Below, piece after piece: positions 41,161-55,188 of a stretch of DNA of 64,000 nucleotides. The notes under the pieces were generated by a model that was given only the letters and a program-made list of their open reading frames with translations, was not told where the DNA came from and ran no database searches. Source of the stretch: Octopus vulgaris (Eukaryota); the NCBI GenBank assembly GCA_951406725.2, contig OX597817.1, positions 122,264,001-122,328,000 on the forward strand, read 5' to 3'. Within the stretch, counting starts at the first letter, position 1. Each line of letters starts with the position of its first letter. The position numbers and the translations under genes are program-made.

Positions 41161-41346
41161 AAAGGAGGGATTATGTTATCACCTTCATTAGATTACAGCT
41201 GCTTCTGCTATAAGGAACCACTTTGAATAAAGTGGCTCTAAATAAGCTATAAAATATCACACTGACACCCACCTCAAGGTGCATGGCTCCTGAGAGACAA
41301 AACAACTGCAAGCTAATGAAAGTGATTATGTAACTCCTACTCTTTT
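41161..41346. repeat. Degenerate foldback with ~48-bp arms
   Basis: atcaccttcattagattacagctgcttctg versus caaaacaactgcaagctaatgaaagtgat. Confidence 0.6.
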
Positions 41347-41807
41347 GTTATTCATTCATTAATATTATGCTCTGTAATGACCTTCTGGTTCATATAAAAT
41401 ACTGGAGTAGTGTAAAACAGATAATTGATATCTTGCATTTGGATCTTACCAAAACTGAGAAGTCTATTGAATTCTAGAAACAGGTTATTGGTATTGCTAT
41501 GGCTAAGCAGAAACATAGTATGTGTGTGTATGTGCGTGCATGTATGTTTGTGATTCATGTCTTGACATCATCTGATAGTTGCCAGTAAGTATCACTGTCT
41601 TAACAGCTGTGTCATTTATTTCCATGAAACATGTCTCAGCCAAAGGAAACATTACCTTGCTTGGAAACTGATGAGGGCAGATGACAAGCAGGGAATCAAG
41701 ACAGAAAACCTGCCTCATTAAATTCTGTCTGACCCATGTGAGTTTCAAAAAATAGACATTAGAATTCATTGCATAAATATATGCATAATGTGTGTATGTA
41801 TGTATGT

Positions 41808-42055
41808 ATCATCATAATCGTTTAATGTCCAATTTCCATACTGGCATGGGTTGGACGGTTTTACAGAGGACTGCCAAGCCAGCAGGCTACACCAGGCTCC
41901 AATCTGATCTGGCAAGGTTTCTACAGCTGGATGCTCTCCTTAACACCAACCACTGGGAGAGTATAGCGGGTGTTTTTTATGTACCACTGACAAGGGACCA
42001 GTCAGGTGGTACTGGCATCAACCACACTCGAATGGTGCATGTTACATGCCACATG
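41808..42055 (-). mobile_element. Family C retroposon
   Basis: catcataatcgtttaatgtcc..ggcatgggttggacgg..tttctacagctggatgc. Confidence 0.8.
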
Positions 42056-43090
42056 TATGTGCATATATATTTGCATCTGTATTTGTGTAAAACCAAAGTG
42101 GTGTCCAAAAGCTAACTTAACGATTTGAAATAAGTTAGGGAGTTGATATGAACTTCTAAAACCTTTAAAGATGATGCCCCAGCATGGGCAGAAGCAAATT
42201 AGTAAAACTTGTAAAAATATGAATTAATTAAAGAAAATAAATAATTTTAATTTCTATGTTCTTGAAATGAACTAATATTTCAATAATTAATGTAGTATCT
42301 AATCCTTATATCTCTCAACAGCAGCAAAAACATAATTCTCTCTTTCTGTTATAATTTAATAAAATGCACATTGCTACAATGATTATCACACCTATTGACA
42401 CTTGCATATCATAAACATAAATTAACATAAATTAACCTAGTATTAGCTTTATCGTTTTTGTCAATACTACTCAATAGGATCTAGCAGATAGTTATTGTAA
42501 CACTCTTAAACTGGATCGATAGATTGTTGAACTCCTACTGGGTCAGTTGGCTTGTAATCTCATTATTAATATGGTTTTGTTTCCATAGTTGAGTCAGTTA
42601 ATTGCAGCTGACTCAATCGTTTAGTTGCAAATTGCTATCAGGTTAGACATAATTCAAAGCAATAAAGTGTAGAACACAATATTATAAATATTTTTGTCAT
42701 GCTTGACATGGGTTTGAGTGTGTCAGAAATGATAAGGTATAATATTTGCAGTTATTAGCTTTGTCTTGCCCACTCCCTCTCTCTCTTTTCTCTTAGTTTA
42801 TATCTTACTCCCGGTGCATATAATATTCTTGTTTAGGCTTTATTTGAATGCTTGAATCATTCTGATAAAATCTGAACAAGGCTATGATATGAGACTTTGA
42901 GTAGTCAGGGACTGAGTAATCAAATCTATAAATATATATGCTACATATATTGAGTCCTCTTTTACTCCTTAGAAAAGCTAAAAATTAATCCTTTGATTCT
43001 TTTATATCCAAAGGGATTTCAAACCAAAAATTTACATGCTATTATTTTGTAGCTTTATCTTCTTCAAGTCTAATATTTAAAAATTAATAC

Positions 43091-43253
43091 AGGCACAGGC
43101 GTGGCTGTGTGGTAGGAAGCATGCTTCCCAATCACATGGTTCTGGGTTCAGTCCCACTGTGTGGCACCGTGGGTAAGTGTCTTCTACTATAGACTCAGGG
43201 CGACCAAAGCCTTGTGAGTGGATTTGGTAAATAGAAACTGGAAGAAGCCTGTC

Positions 43254-43258
<5 letters not shown>
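43091..43258 (+). mobile_element. SINE family A, 5' half ending in (TA)n
   Basis: aggcacaggcgtggctgtgtggtagg..gaagaagcctgtcgtata. Confidence 0.85.
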
Positions 43259-43306
<48 letters not shown>

Positions 43307-43389
43307 ATATTACTCTACCTTTGGTATTTGAGTACTATTTTCCCCACCTTGATTTGCACTTGTGTGCTCACCTGAATGTGTGTATGTGT

Positions 43390-43585
43390 GTGGCTCTTTA
43401 CAAATCCTTTGTCTTACCATTCTTGCTGCATTTTTCTGAAACATGGACGTGTCATGAAAGACATTTCAAATTGTTAGAGCAGTTCCACCAAAAATGCCTT
43501 CACTACATTCTAAACATTAAATGTTTTTTTTTTTCCAGACACGTATTTGCATCTGCAAGTATCACTTCAATTCAATCAATGATAT
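43390..43585 (+). mobile_element. RTE-clade LINE fragment
   Basis: ALYKSFVLPFLLHFSETWTCHERHFKLLEQFHQKCLHYILNIK..ASITSIQSMI matches the RTE post-RT motif (LLYGxETW..LExFHxRCLRxIL). Confidence 0.8.
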
Positions 43586-43954
43586 ATTTATTTATTTATG
43601 TATATATGTATATATGAAAAGATTAATTTTCCTATATGTGCTAAGGTGAAGGTGTGACTGTATGCTTGGAAAGTTTGCTTTGTAATGCCATGGTTTCTGA
43701 TTCCATTCCACATCTTAATACCTTAGGGAAGTGTCCACTGCTGAAACTTCTAGCTAACCAATACCTTGAGAGTTATTATTGAATAGCTTGAAACTACAGT
43801 ATAAGACCTATGCCAAAATTTTTATGCAATGAGACAGAGCTCAAGACCATGTGGTAACAAAGGGAATTTCTTATCCATGCAACCATGCTTGTGCCTATAA
43901 TATATACACAGGTGTGCATGTATTTGTGTGTGTTCATTTATATGCATGCATGGG

Positions 43955-44197
43955 ATGTAAAAAGCACCAACCGATCGTGGCCATTGCCAGACACCCCTGG
44001 CACCTGTGCCGGTGGCACGTAAAAAGCACCCACTACACTCACAGAGTGGTTGGCGTTATGAAGGGCATCCAGCTGTAGAAACACTGCCAGATAAGACTGG
44101 AGCCCGTGCAGCTCCCTGGCTTCCCAGACCCCAGTTGAACCGTCCAACTCATGCTAGCATGGAAAATGGACGTTAAACGATGATGATGATGATGATG
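43955..44197 (+). mobile_element. Family C retroposon
   Basis: gtggttggcgttatgaagggcatccagctgtagaaac..ggacgttaaacgatgatgat. Confidence 0.85.
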
Positions 44198-45007
44198 TAC
44201 TTGCGTTTATATGTTCACATCTTTGTGTGTTTACTATATTTGTGTGCTTTCACATTGACATTGCTTGGATAATGATGGTGCTATGTTTATGTTTCAATAA
44301 GCAATATGTTTTGCAGCACATACCTCACATGAAATACAGGTGAAGTTTGACAAAACATATCCAACCATAGAATACTTCCTCGATAAGTTTTTTTTCAGCT
44401 TATGCTAATATATATTTGTATGCGTCTATAGGCATATATGTAAATGTAATGACTGATAATCTCAGGGAAATATGGAGTCAAATGAATAGATACGTGCAAT
44501 AAGTATTGAGGCTGGAAGCAATAGTATTATGTATTCACCCTTGATATTGAAATTTGTAACGATGTTTAAAATTCTCTCTTATTTCTATTTACTTTCAGTT
44601 CTAAATGCTAACTAAAATTCAGTATTTCCTTTAGTAGAACCACAGAACAAAACAAAAGTGAAAAAAAAAACAAAAACAAAAAAAAAAACGGTAGATCTTC
44701 ACTGTTCCAGAGATTTTCAATTTGAAAAGTACAATTTTTTTTCCACCATATTTTTGACAAACAGAATTATTCATAAACTGGAACCAACAAAGCAATGTAA
44801 ATTTATGTTTAGAATGAAATATTTTATTCATGAGTGTTACTAAACAATGAAACTGGTATTTATAGAATCACGCAGTTTAGGTCCTTCTGAAGAAAATACA
44901 ACAATATGAAATGAAATTAGGGATAGGGTCGAGAAATATTTGTCAAGGTCAATGAAAAGAATATACAAAAAAATATTCATAGTTAATGTCTAGAACTTTA
45001 AAAAAAA

Positions 45008-45069
<62 letters not shown>

Positions 45070-45949
45070 CATATATATATAACGAAAACATTTAAATTTC
45101 ATTTCAACTAAGGAATTTTTCAAAGTAGAAATTAAATCCTGTCTTTTTTAAAAAAAAAAAAAAAATTAATGTATACCCTTGTTTGTTTAAATAACAGATG
45201 TACAAATTTTAAAATATAAAGTTAAATGTATTTGAATATTTTCCTTTGGAAAAGTATGGGCTAAATCTGTTTCAATATTTTCTGAAGAGATTTTGTATTT
45301 TCAGTTATTAACATATATTAGAAATTTTTAATAACAAATGTTTAAAATCAAATATGCATTAGATACATAATTTTAACATTGAATATGATTATTGATATTC
45401 TTTGTTGTGAAAATATCACTTATTGGAAAATACTTAAGATAAACTAGTATTTGAAACAAGTACATACACATATGTGGCAGGAAGGATGGCTATATTTATA
45501 CACACACACTTGCATGTAGAGAAATTGATAATGGTAATGGGGATGGGTTACTGCTTAAGAGATGAAATATAATTTTTTATCAGTGTTTTATAATAATCAA
45601 TTTTTCCATAACAATATTGTTTGGCTAACTTTTATAATTTGCAACTTTCATGTATGAAGGATGGTATTTATTTATTTCCTGGTGAATGCTCTCACTGAAT
45701 TGTGAATTTGAAGAGGACTTTTCAGAGAACCAATCTCTTCAAAGATTTCAGAATCACAACATAATAAAATATAGTAAAATTTTAAATTTATACCCACAAG
45801 GGTTGTTAATCCAGCTATTTAACTTCACAGGATTTAAGATTTTGTTTCTGCCTTGTAATTTTATTTTATAATATTATTCAATGATCAGAATTGCAGATAT
45901 CTTAAGCCATTCATAAAATTTTGCTTTCAATTTTGTTTTCCCATATCAA

Positions 45950-46217
45950 AAGCCCTTGCACAGGTGCCGTGTAAAATGCATTGGTATGGTATCACATAAA
46001 ATGCACAGGTGCTGGTTGCTATGTAAAAAGTACCTAGTACACTCTGTAAAGTGGTTGGCATTAGGAAGGGCATCCAACCATAGAAACCAAGCCAAAACAG
46101 ACAAATAGATCTGTGCACACTTCCCTGGTTTACCAGCTCCTGTCAAACTCTGCAACCCAAGCCAGCATAGAAAATGAATGTTAAATGATGATGATAATGA
46201 CGATGATGATGATGATG
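45950..46217 (+). mobile_element. Family C retroposon
   Basis: gtggttggcattaggaagggcatcc..ttaaatgatgatg. Confidence 0.8.
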
Positions 46218-46276
46218 TTCTTTACCTATCACTCTTTTATTTGTTATATTATATAATTTAATATATAGATATGTAA

Positions 46277-46316
<40 letters not shown>

Positions 46317-46724
46317 CATTAAGTCAAGAGATATGAACAATGACTGTAGATTTTCTTTAACCATACGATTTCCATAGGATTATATCTTTGAACTGATAGC
46401 TGACTTTGTCAGAAGAGATTACTGTGTTAGCTGTAGAATTCTGTGAATGTATACCATATACTACTCTCTTACATGCATGCACACACACACACATTTTATG
46501 TATTGTTTCACCAGACTACCGTTAGTTTCATGTTGAGCAAGATATCTCTCAATAATCATACAAGTCTGTCACATAGGGACATTGGTGTTCATCTCCATCT
46601 TGGATGAAAACACAATAAACACAATATCTCTCTCGACATGAAACCTATGGTTTTCTGGTCAACCCACAAATAAAAAAATATATCCTCCAATACTGTGTTA
46701 AGCACTCATTTTCACTGTTTGAAA

Positions 46725-46727
<3 letters not shown>

Positions 46728-46770
<43 letters not shown>

Positions 46771-46785
46771 TATATATATGCATGC

Positions 46786-46840
<55 letters not shown>

Positions 46841-46978
46841 TATATACATATATATATATATATATATATGCATGCATATATACATATATATATATGCATG
46901 CATATTTACATATATATATATATATGCATGCATATATATATATATATATATGCATGCATATATACATATATATATATA

Positions 46979-47028
<50 letters not shown>

Positions 47029-47074
47029 TGCATATATACATATATATATATATGCATATATACATATATATATA

Positions 47075-47110
<36 letters not shown>

Positions 47111-47122
47111 TATATATATATA

Positions 47123-47154
<32 letters not shown>
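46728..47154. repeat. (TA)n tract punctuated by TGCA/TACA
   Basis: Direct inspection. Confidence 0.95.
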
Positions 47155-47157
<3 letters not shown>

Positions 47158-47915
47158 GATGTTTCTTTATGAAATAGATTCTTATTTCATATTCAGAAAA
47201 TTTGGAATTTTGATTCATTTTGTCTTCTATCTCTTATTATCATTCATATCTTGTTGCAAAATCCTATGAGAGGCGAAACAGTTTTTTTTTAATTCAAAAT
47301 ATTTGCATAATTTTTTGTTTTACTACACTAAGGTCTCTTACTATGTAACACAAAAATTAAATATATTTTGTCTGTACATGCTGAAATACAGGCTTCCATA
47401 CATACATATATGTGAATGTGCATGTGTGTGTAAACTACACAAGTCAGCAGATGTCAGAATGATAGACTAATTCCTATATAGCAGCTGCAGCAACAGATTC
47501 CTTTATGGATATCATTCCTCTTGTCAATTCATCTAGAATGTCAGCCTGTCATTTCGATTAATTTACTAAGTCTACATGTAGACAGAAGGAATGTACTATT
47601 GATTGTTAGAAGAAATAACGATTGATTTTATAAGAAAAGAAGGAAACTAGAAAATATGCTAAAAATCTTAACAGAATAATAGTTTTCCGTTGTAAATTTT
47701 CAACAGATGATATCAGTAAAAAGGACATTTTTTTTTGCTGATCTTAAAGATGAGGTCGTTTGTTTTTGTTTTTTAATATATTTAATTTCTTTCTTTTATA
47801 AAAAATTTTTTTTTGTTTTCAAATTTCAGTATTACTGTCATTTGGTTTAGTTTACAAGTCTAATTTTTTTGCAAGAGAGAATGTGTGAGGAATGAAATTA
47901 AATTATGATGCATTT

Positions 47916-48380
47916 ATTCTTTCATTCTTTTACCTGTTTCAGTCATGTGACTGTGGCCATGCTGGAGCACTGCCTTTAGTCGAACAAATCCACTCCAGGG
48001 TTTATTCTTTGTAAACCTAGTACTTATTCTATCGGTATCTTTTGCCAAACTGCTTAGCTACAGGGATGTAAACATACCAACATCGGCTGTCAAGTGATGG
48101 CGGGGTGACAAACACAGACACAAAGAAGCACACACATAAATATATACACATATCTGTATATGGACGATGGGCTTCTTTCAGTTTCCATCCATCAAATACA
48201 TTCACAAAACTTTGGTTGGTCTGAGGCTATAGTAGAAGACACCCAAGATGTCATGCAGTGAGACTGAACCCAGAACCATGTGGTTGGGAAACAAGCTTCT
48301 TACCACACAGCCACTCCTGCACCTATAGTAACTCCTGTGCCTAAAGCCAGCCCTGTGCCTATGGCCACTTCTGCACATTT
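47916..48380 (-). mobile_element. SINE family A, full length, with 4x18-bp head repeat
   Basis: Standard A copy to ~48325; 18-bp units start at 48309, 48327, 48345 and 48363. Confidence 0.85.
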
Positions 48381-49902
48381 ACTATAAATGATTTTTTTTT
48401 CCTTCCAGAAATTTAGGATATATTTGCTGGACCCTGTAACTTTATCAATTTGTATGTTTCTCACTCTCAGGAAGAATTTAATGTCTGAATTGATACCCGC
48501 TTTGTTTCATTTCATAATATAAACATATAATCTTGTGATCCATTGGGATTATGCTTATCTCCAAATATGTAACATTAAAGGGATAGAAGGTAAATGGTCT
48601 CCTAAATTGGATCCACACTCTCTTAGAAGTAGCTTTTCTGGCAGTTGAAATTTAATCCAATATTGCGATCTAATGAACTATTGACAAAATTATAGAGCTT
48701 CTGAGATTGCTGATTTTAATAATGGTGTACACCTCACTGTGGTGCCTAATTGCAGCTAATTGGACTGGATCACTGAGTTATAAAATACTTGATAATACAC
48801 TCATTTCTGTTCCTATAAATGTGTATGAAGTCCCAACCTTTTAAATTAAAGCTGATTATCTCAACAACTCAGTCATCCATAATGTCATATTTGTGATGTG
48901 CACAACATTAATATATCTGACGGTAATACCATCATCATCTTCATTATCGTTAGCAAGTGTATGCATTGTACCCTTGCATTCTCTTTACTCAATAAGGACA
49001 TACACTCTTTTGAGTTCAGTTTCTTTGATTTTATATTAGTTAATTCAGAAGGTGTTGCAACACTACAGTGATGGTCGTCTACACAGGATTCTGAAATCAG
49101 AATGCATAGAACTAGAGTAATAGTACAAGGCATCCAGTTCTCTCTAGTTGTATCCCCCACCCTGGACTGTTTTACTTATCAAACATAAAAGAGTGAAAGG
49201 CAGAATTAAAATTGACAGATTTGAATTCATACTTCACAGAAATGGAATGAATCCCATCATGACATTTCACATTTGTGATACCAACCTCCCCAAATCTACC
49301 CTTGGTCCTATGATACAAACACTGTTTTAAAGTCATCTAAATTAAAATCCTTCATCAAGGTTTCAGCTTGGTTTTATGTTTCAAATATGAACTCAATGAT
49401 GACTGTTACTATACTAAATTCTTCAACAATTTCAAAATTTTTTTGGGAAACAAAGACAGTGTGTCTGAACAGAGATCTGATAACTAAAAGGTGCTTTAAT
49501 GACTCTGCCAATTTTTTTACCTTAGATTAAACTCTGTAGAACCTGGACCAAGCACAACAACCTAAGTAAACACTTGAGACATGTAGTTGAACTGGTAGCA
49601 TGTTAAATTAAATGCCCAGCAGTGTTTTGTTTTAGACATTTCAATTCAGAGTGCAGATGTCATTAAGCTCAATTTTGCTTTTTTAGTCACTCTGGGTAGG
49701 GATAGGTTGATAAACAAATCCAAGCATGATCGTTTGGCATGGGTTAGACGGTTTGACTGAGGACTGGTGAACCAGAGGCTGCATCAAGCTCAATCTGATC
49801 TGCCACTGGCACGAGGGCCAGTCAGGCAGTTCTGGCAATAACCACACTCAGAAAGTGTTTTTACTTGCTACCTGCATGGAAGTCAGTCCAGCAGCACTAG
49901 CA

Positions 49903-50272
49903 GTGGAGGCACAATGGCCCAGTGGTTAGGGCAGCGGACTCGTGGTCGGAGGATTGTGGTTTCGATTCCCAGACCAGGCATTGTGTGTTTATTGAGTGAA
50001 AACACCTAAAGCTCCACAAGATTCCGGCAGGGGGTGGTGGTGACCCCTGTCGTACTCTTTCGCTCCAACTTTCTCTCACTCTTTCTTCCTGTTTCTTGTC
50101 CCTGACTTCCTACGCAACCGCTGAGCCTGGATGTGCATTCATCCATCCTTCGATGCTCTCGGTGTCGGGGGTTGACCTGCTTTCTCTTCTGTGGCTCTTA
50201 CGAATAGCAAAGGACCACGTTTCGGACTTCTCCCACAAAGACCGCTTCGTTCAACAAACAAACAAACAAACA
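49903..50272 (+). mobile_element. tRNA-derived SINE family E, (CAAA)n tail, nested in a family C copy
   Basis: A box tggcccagtgg and B box gtttcgattcc; TSD agcagcact[a/g]gca at 49890-49902 and 50273-50285; host C element spans ~49728-50302. Confidence 0.9.
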
Positions 50273-51900
50273 AGCAGCACTGGCAACGACCACGCTCGAA
50301 TAGTCACACCACTTACATTGCCTATATTATTCTATTTAAAGGTAACTTGTTTTGAGTGTAGTCAAGAAAAGTTTATAAAGCACTACTATCACTGACTTGA
50401 GTAGTGAATCTTTCGTTCATGGTATCTACTTAAAGTTAAGGTGAAATGAGACAGTGAGTGACAGTTTTTCTAGTCTGTTGACACCGGGCAGAATCAATAA
50501 TTAGATTTAAATATCGACTCGTAGAACATATAGTAATAGATGCAGTGAATCAGTGATATTTGCCCAGTTAGAAGCATGGAACCAATGACAGCAATGTTCA
50601 GAAAATGTAATGCAAAATAAAAAAAAGATGTAAAGAAAGAATAAACTACTTTGTTCTGTATATGGGTAGTTTACATATCTAGTAGTAAGGAATAAGTGCT
50701 AAATCTTTGAGGAGGGTTATGTGAAAATAGACTGTTTTACTATCAAAGTGTGTAGAGTGGTGGGGAGCAGCATATATTTCTCATCCACTTAATTCTGTGA
50801 AATAATGGATAAGTGCAAGCCTCTTAAGACAAATCTTCTTGGAAATGCAGGAGGTGTTCACTTTTACGACTGTTTGAATTAAAAATAAACTTGAATATTT
50901 ATGATTATTAAACATCAATAAGAATTTATTGATTTGCTGATTTTCATGCTTCCAGGAAATCGATGTGGTTAATATACACGCACATTTTTTTTTTTTCACG
51001 TTGTTGTATATATGATACTGAACTCAGTAATGTTATGAATAATTAAATACATAAAAATTCAGGAAATCATCAATAAAAAAACATGATAATTTTCTCAATA
51101 ATTATGAACACAATGATGACGATGATGGCAACAATGATGATGGATCATCATGAAGTCGATGATGATGAAGTTGAAGATGATGATGATGATAATGACGACG
51201 ATGACGACGAGAATGATGGTGATGATGTCAATATTTTCAGCTCAATTGAAAAATGGCATTCCAGCTTGCTTTTGAAGACTATACATCAAAAGTGCAGCCA
51301 TATATTTCTTAGCTTCACACATGCATATATACATAAACTCACATGTAGCATAAAAGTGAAGGAGGGTGTTTATGTGATTGGAGGTAATAACAGTGACAAC
51401 AGTGCTAATAAAGAAGCTGATGGTTGAAGAATTAGTACCAGTTCTATATATTCGACTACTATGGTGAAAACTCTTTGGTTATAATTATTAAAGGGATAGT
51501 AGCAATGTACATATTAATGGTTATAATAATATTAATTGCATGGTTATAATACTATTAATCATATATATGTGTGTGTGGCTCTGTGTGTGTGTGTTTATAT
51601 ATAAAATTAAAATTGAAGCTAGAAGTTTGTCCCATGATCAGTGCCTCCTTAAAGTGTTGGCACTTTGAGCAGTTGCTGAGGTGTCTCACGGGTGTGGTGG
51701 CCCAGTTCTGATTTATGTGTGCTGTGACTCATCATAAAAATATAACTAGTATAGGGTTCAGTGCACTGAATTGCACAGGGGTCTTTAATGCTGCTCTGAT
51801 GATCTTGCTCATGACTCATGTTTCAAGCCCATCAAAAAAATCAATATGCTCTACATCATGTATTGAACACCACTTGCTCATTCATCCAACATTAAGTAAC

Positions 51901-51949
<49 letters not shown>

Positions 51950-51968
51950 AGTGTGTGTGTGTGTGTAC

Positions 51969-52420
51969 CATCATCATCATCATCATTTAACGTCCATTGT
52001 TCATGATGGCATGGGTTGGATGGTTTGACCAAGGCTGGTAAAGTGGAAGGCTGTGTCAGGCTCCAGTCTGATTTGGCATGGTTTCTATGGCTGGGTGCCC
52101 TTCCTAACACCAACCACTCCAAGTGTGTGTAATGGGAGCTTTTACATACCACTGGCATGGGTGCCATTTGCATGACACTGGTATCTGCCATGACTGCAAT
52201 TTTACTTGGCTTCAAGGGTTTTCTTTTCAAACATGACATAATGCCAAAGGTCTTTGTCATTGTTTCAATGAGGTCCAACACTCAAAAGGAGCTTTTTACA
52301 TGCCTCTAGCATCATCCACTTTGCATCCATGAGGCCTAATGCCCGAAAGGTGCATTTTACATGTCACTGGCATGGGTCCATGACTATGATTTCACTTGAC
52401 TTGATGGGTCTTCTTAAGCA
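51969..52420 (-). mobile_element. Family C retroposon
   Basis: (CAT)n-ttaacgtcc..gcccttcctaacaccaacc plus repeated ttttacat modules. Confidence 0.8.
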
Positions 52421-52479
52421 CAGCATATATAAATATGTATCTATGTGTGTATTCAGCTGCAAGCTGAGTGCACGGGTTT

Positions 52480-52805
52480 GACTCTTGTAGCTACTTGCTG
52501 GCAACGTCTTTTACAGGTATGACCCCTGCATCCCACACCAGCAGAGCATTTCTGACCTTGTAGGCTTGTGGATGCTGGTGCCATGTAAAAAAAAACACCC
52601 ATCCCAGTGCCACATAAACACACCCATGCTGGTGTAGTGTAGAAGCACCCAATACACTCTGTGAAATGGTTGGCATTAGAAGGGGCATCCGGTCATAGAA
52701 ACCAATGCCAAAGCAGATAGATAGAGCCTGGCTAGCTTTTCAGATGGCTAACTTCTGTCAAACCATCCAAACCATGGAAAGCACACATTAAATGATGATG
52801 ATGAT
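52480..52805 (+). mobile_element. Family C retroposon, inverted relative to its neighbour
   Basis: tggttggcattagaaggggcatcc..ttaaatgatgatg. Confidence 0.75.
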
Positions 52806-54212
52806 TATCATCATCATCATTTATAAATATATATGTATATTAATAGATAGATGGATGGATGGATATATTGTTGGATATCCAGTTTTATACTACAATTAAG
52901 AGCTTCACCATATTAAAGCTCCTCTTGGAATTTAATGTATGATCCATTGTTCTTCATGCATATGTCAATTCTTAAAAAAGGCAAAGAGGCAATGGATTTT
53001 GTTACATTGATGTTTGTTTTGTATGATGGCTGTTTGCATTGGGTGTTGTATTGATCAAATATATATGTATATTTGGAGCGTATATTTGAGTATGTGCGTA
53101 TGTATGCTTTTGTATACACACATTTTCACACACATAATTATATATATACGTGTGTATACACACACACACACATATACAAATATATGCATACATTTGGATA
53201 CACAAACACACACATATATATATATATACATATATATACATATACACATATCAATATATATCTATTTATATATTCAAAATTCAGACCATGCCATGCTCAC
53301 TGTGGTCTGACAATTTGCATCAATATTCTGAAAGATATCAACTCCTTTTATTTATATCTTTTGTTGGATTTCTTGTAGAGTGTTTCTTTAAAAAAAAAAC
53401 AAAAAAAAAAACTTTAAAAAAAGCCTGAGTGAGATTGATGGAAGTAGAATGCTCTTCATTTTTTTCATCTCAATTTTTGATAAAAGAGGTGTGGGGCAGA
53501 AGCCAGCAAAGATGAGTTATCTCATTCTTGATAAAGGAGAGAAATGGGTGCTAAAAGGGATAGAGTAGAGTGCTTAAATCGAGCGGAGGGGAGGGTGTGT
53601 GTAAAGAAAGAAACAGAGAAAAGAGTTTGCAAAGAAAAAAAAAAAATTAAGGAATTCAAAACCTTGACAAAAATTTTTTTTTAAATTATCAAAATATATT
53701 TTTATTTTAATTTTAAAAAGAAAGAAAGAAATATTTTCAACATATCACAACATCCATCTATTTTTTTATATATCTATTTTGCTCTTTTTACATAATTTTA
53801 TTCTTCAATTTTTTTAATGAATACCCATCAAAATTATCATTTTCATTTCTCATCATTTCCTTCTCATCTATTTTCTCTGCCTCTTTCTCTTTGATTGTCT
53901 ATCTGTCCATCTCTCTCCCTTTTAGATTTAGTAATATAGTCCCCCATGTCATATTCTCTTTATTTTATTCTAAAGTTTCAAAATCTGTTTCATGATATTT
54001 TAATTCTTGTTTTTTGTCTTTTACGTTTATGTATTTGTTTTGTGAAGCATTTGCTTCATCTTTTTTTTCTTTGAACCTTTGTAACAATGCAATATATTTA
54101 GGAACAACTCTCTCATTCACTCACTTATATATATACACACATGCATACATATATACATAAATAGATCATATCTATCATATCTGTCTATCTATCTATCTAT
54201 CTATCTATCTAT

Positions 54213-54338
<126 letters not shown>

Positions 54339-54835
54339 GCACATACATAGGTTTATGTGTGTTTATGTGTGTGCTAGGATTCCTCAGCTGAAAGATAACA
54401 TTGAGAATGTCGTGGAGTGCAAAACATATATATATAAGCACACATGTATATACACACACGCACACAAATACACACACACACATTTATACGTATACAATAT
54501 ATGGACATGAGCAAGAACTTATCAAATACTAAAAGCTTTTACAAGTCCCTTTGTCGAAATATGATTGCTAATCTTCAATAAATATGATTATATACTCAAA
54601 TTCCATGAAATATGGGCCCACATATGATGAGCTGATTAAAGCCCTTCTCAAATCCCAATGTGTATGTATGTATGTATGTGCATAGGATAAATTAAGATAA
54701 ATACATGTCCATATTATTAGTTCATATGTATGTTTCACTATTATGGTTGCTTAGAACTCTGCATTAGGTATTCCAAGATGAAGAATCTTAACCAGAATGG
54801 ATTATCAGGTAATAAATTATTGCATTAAGTTATAC

Positions 54836-55188
54836 ACTCTTTTACTTGTTTCAGTCATTTGACTATGGCCATGCCGGAACACCACCTTTAGTCGAGCAAA
54901 TTGACCCCAGGACTTATTCTATTGGTTTCTTTTGCCGAACCGCTAAGTTACGAGGATGTAAACACACCAGCATCAGTTGTCAAGTGATGTTGGGGGGACA
55001 AACATAGTCACACAAACACACACGTATATATGATGGGCTTCTTTCAGTTTCTGTCTACCAAATCCACTCACAAGGTTTTGGTCGGCCCGAGGCTATAGTA
55101 GAAGACACTTGCCCAAGGTGCCACTGAGTGGGACTGAACCCAGAACCATGTGGTTGGTAAGCAAGCTACTTACCACACAGCCATTCCT
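54836..55188 (-). mobile_element. SINE family A, near full length
   Basis: actcttttacttgtttcagtca..cttaccacacagcca. Confidence 0.9.

Noticed and set aside
42589-42641. Plus-strand coding exon candidate (ttccatAG..cag|GTTAGA)
   Set aside because: Stops in all three frames and a weak donor.
49903-49975. tRNA-like sequence (also at 30906 and 60281)
   Set aside because: A and B boxes are present, but the sequence continues into a SINE body with TSDs; it is a SINE head, not a tRNA gene.
51083-51427. 114-aa acidic poly-Asp ORF
   Set aside because: Derived from a degenerate (GAT)n tract; no domain or splice support.
53420-53620. Cluster of GATA motifs in unique sequence
   Set aside because: Short motifs are expected by chance at this AT content; conservation data would be needed.
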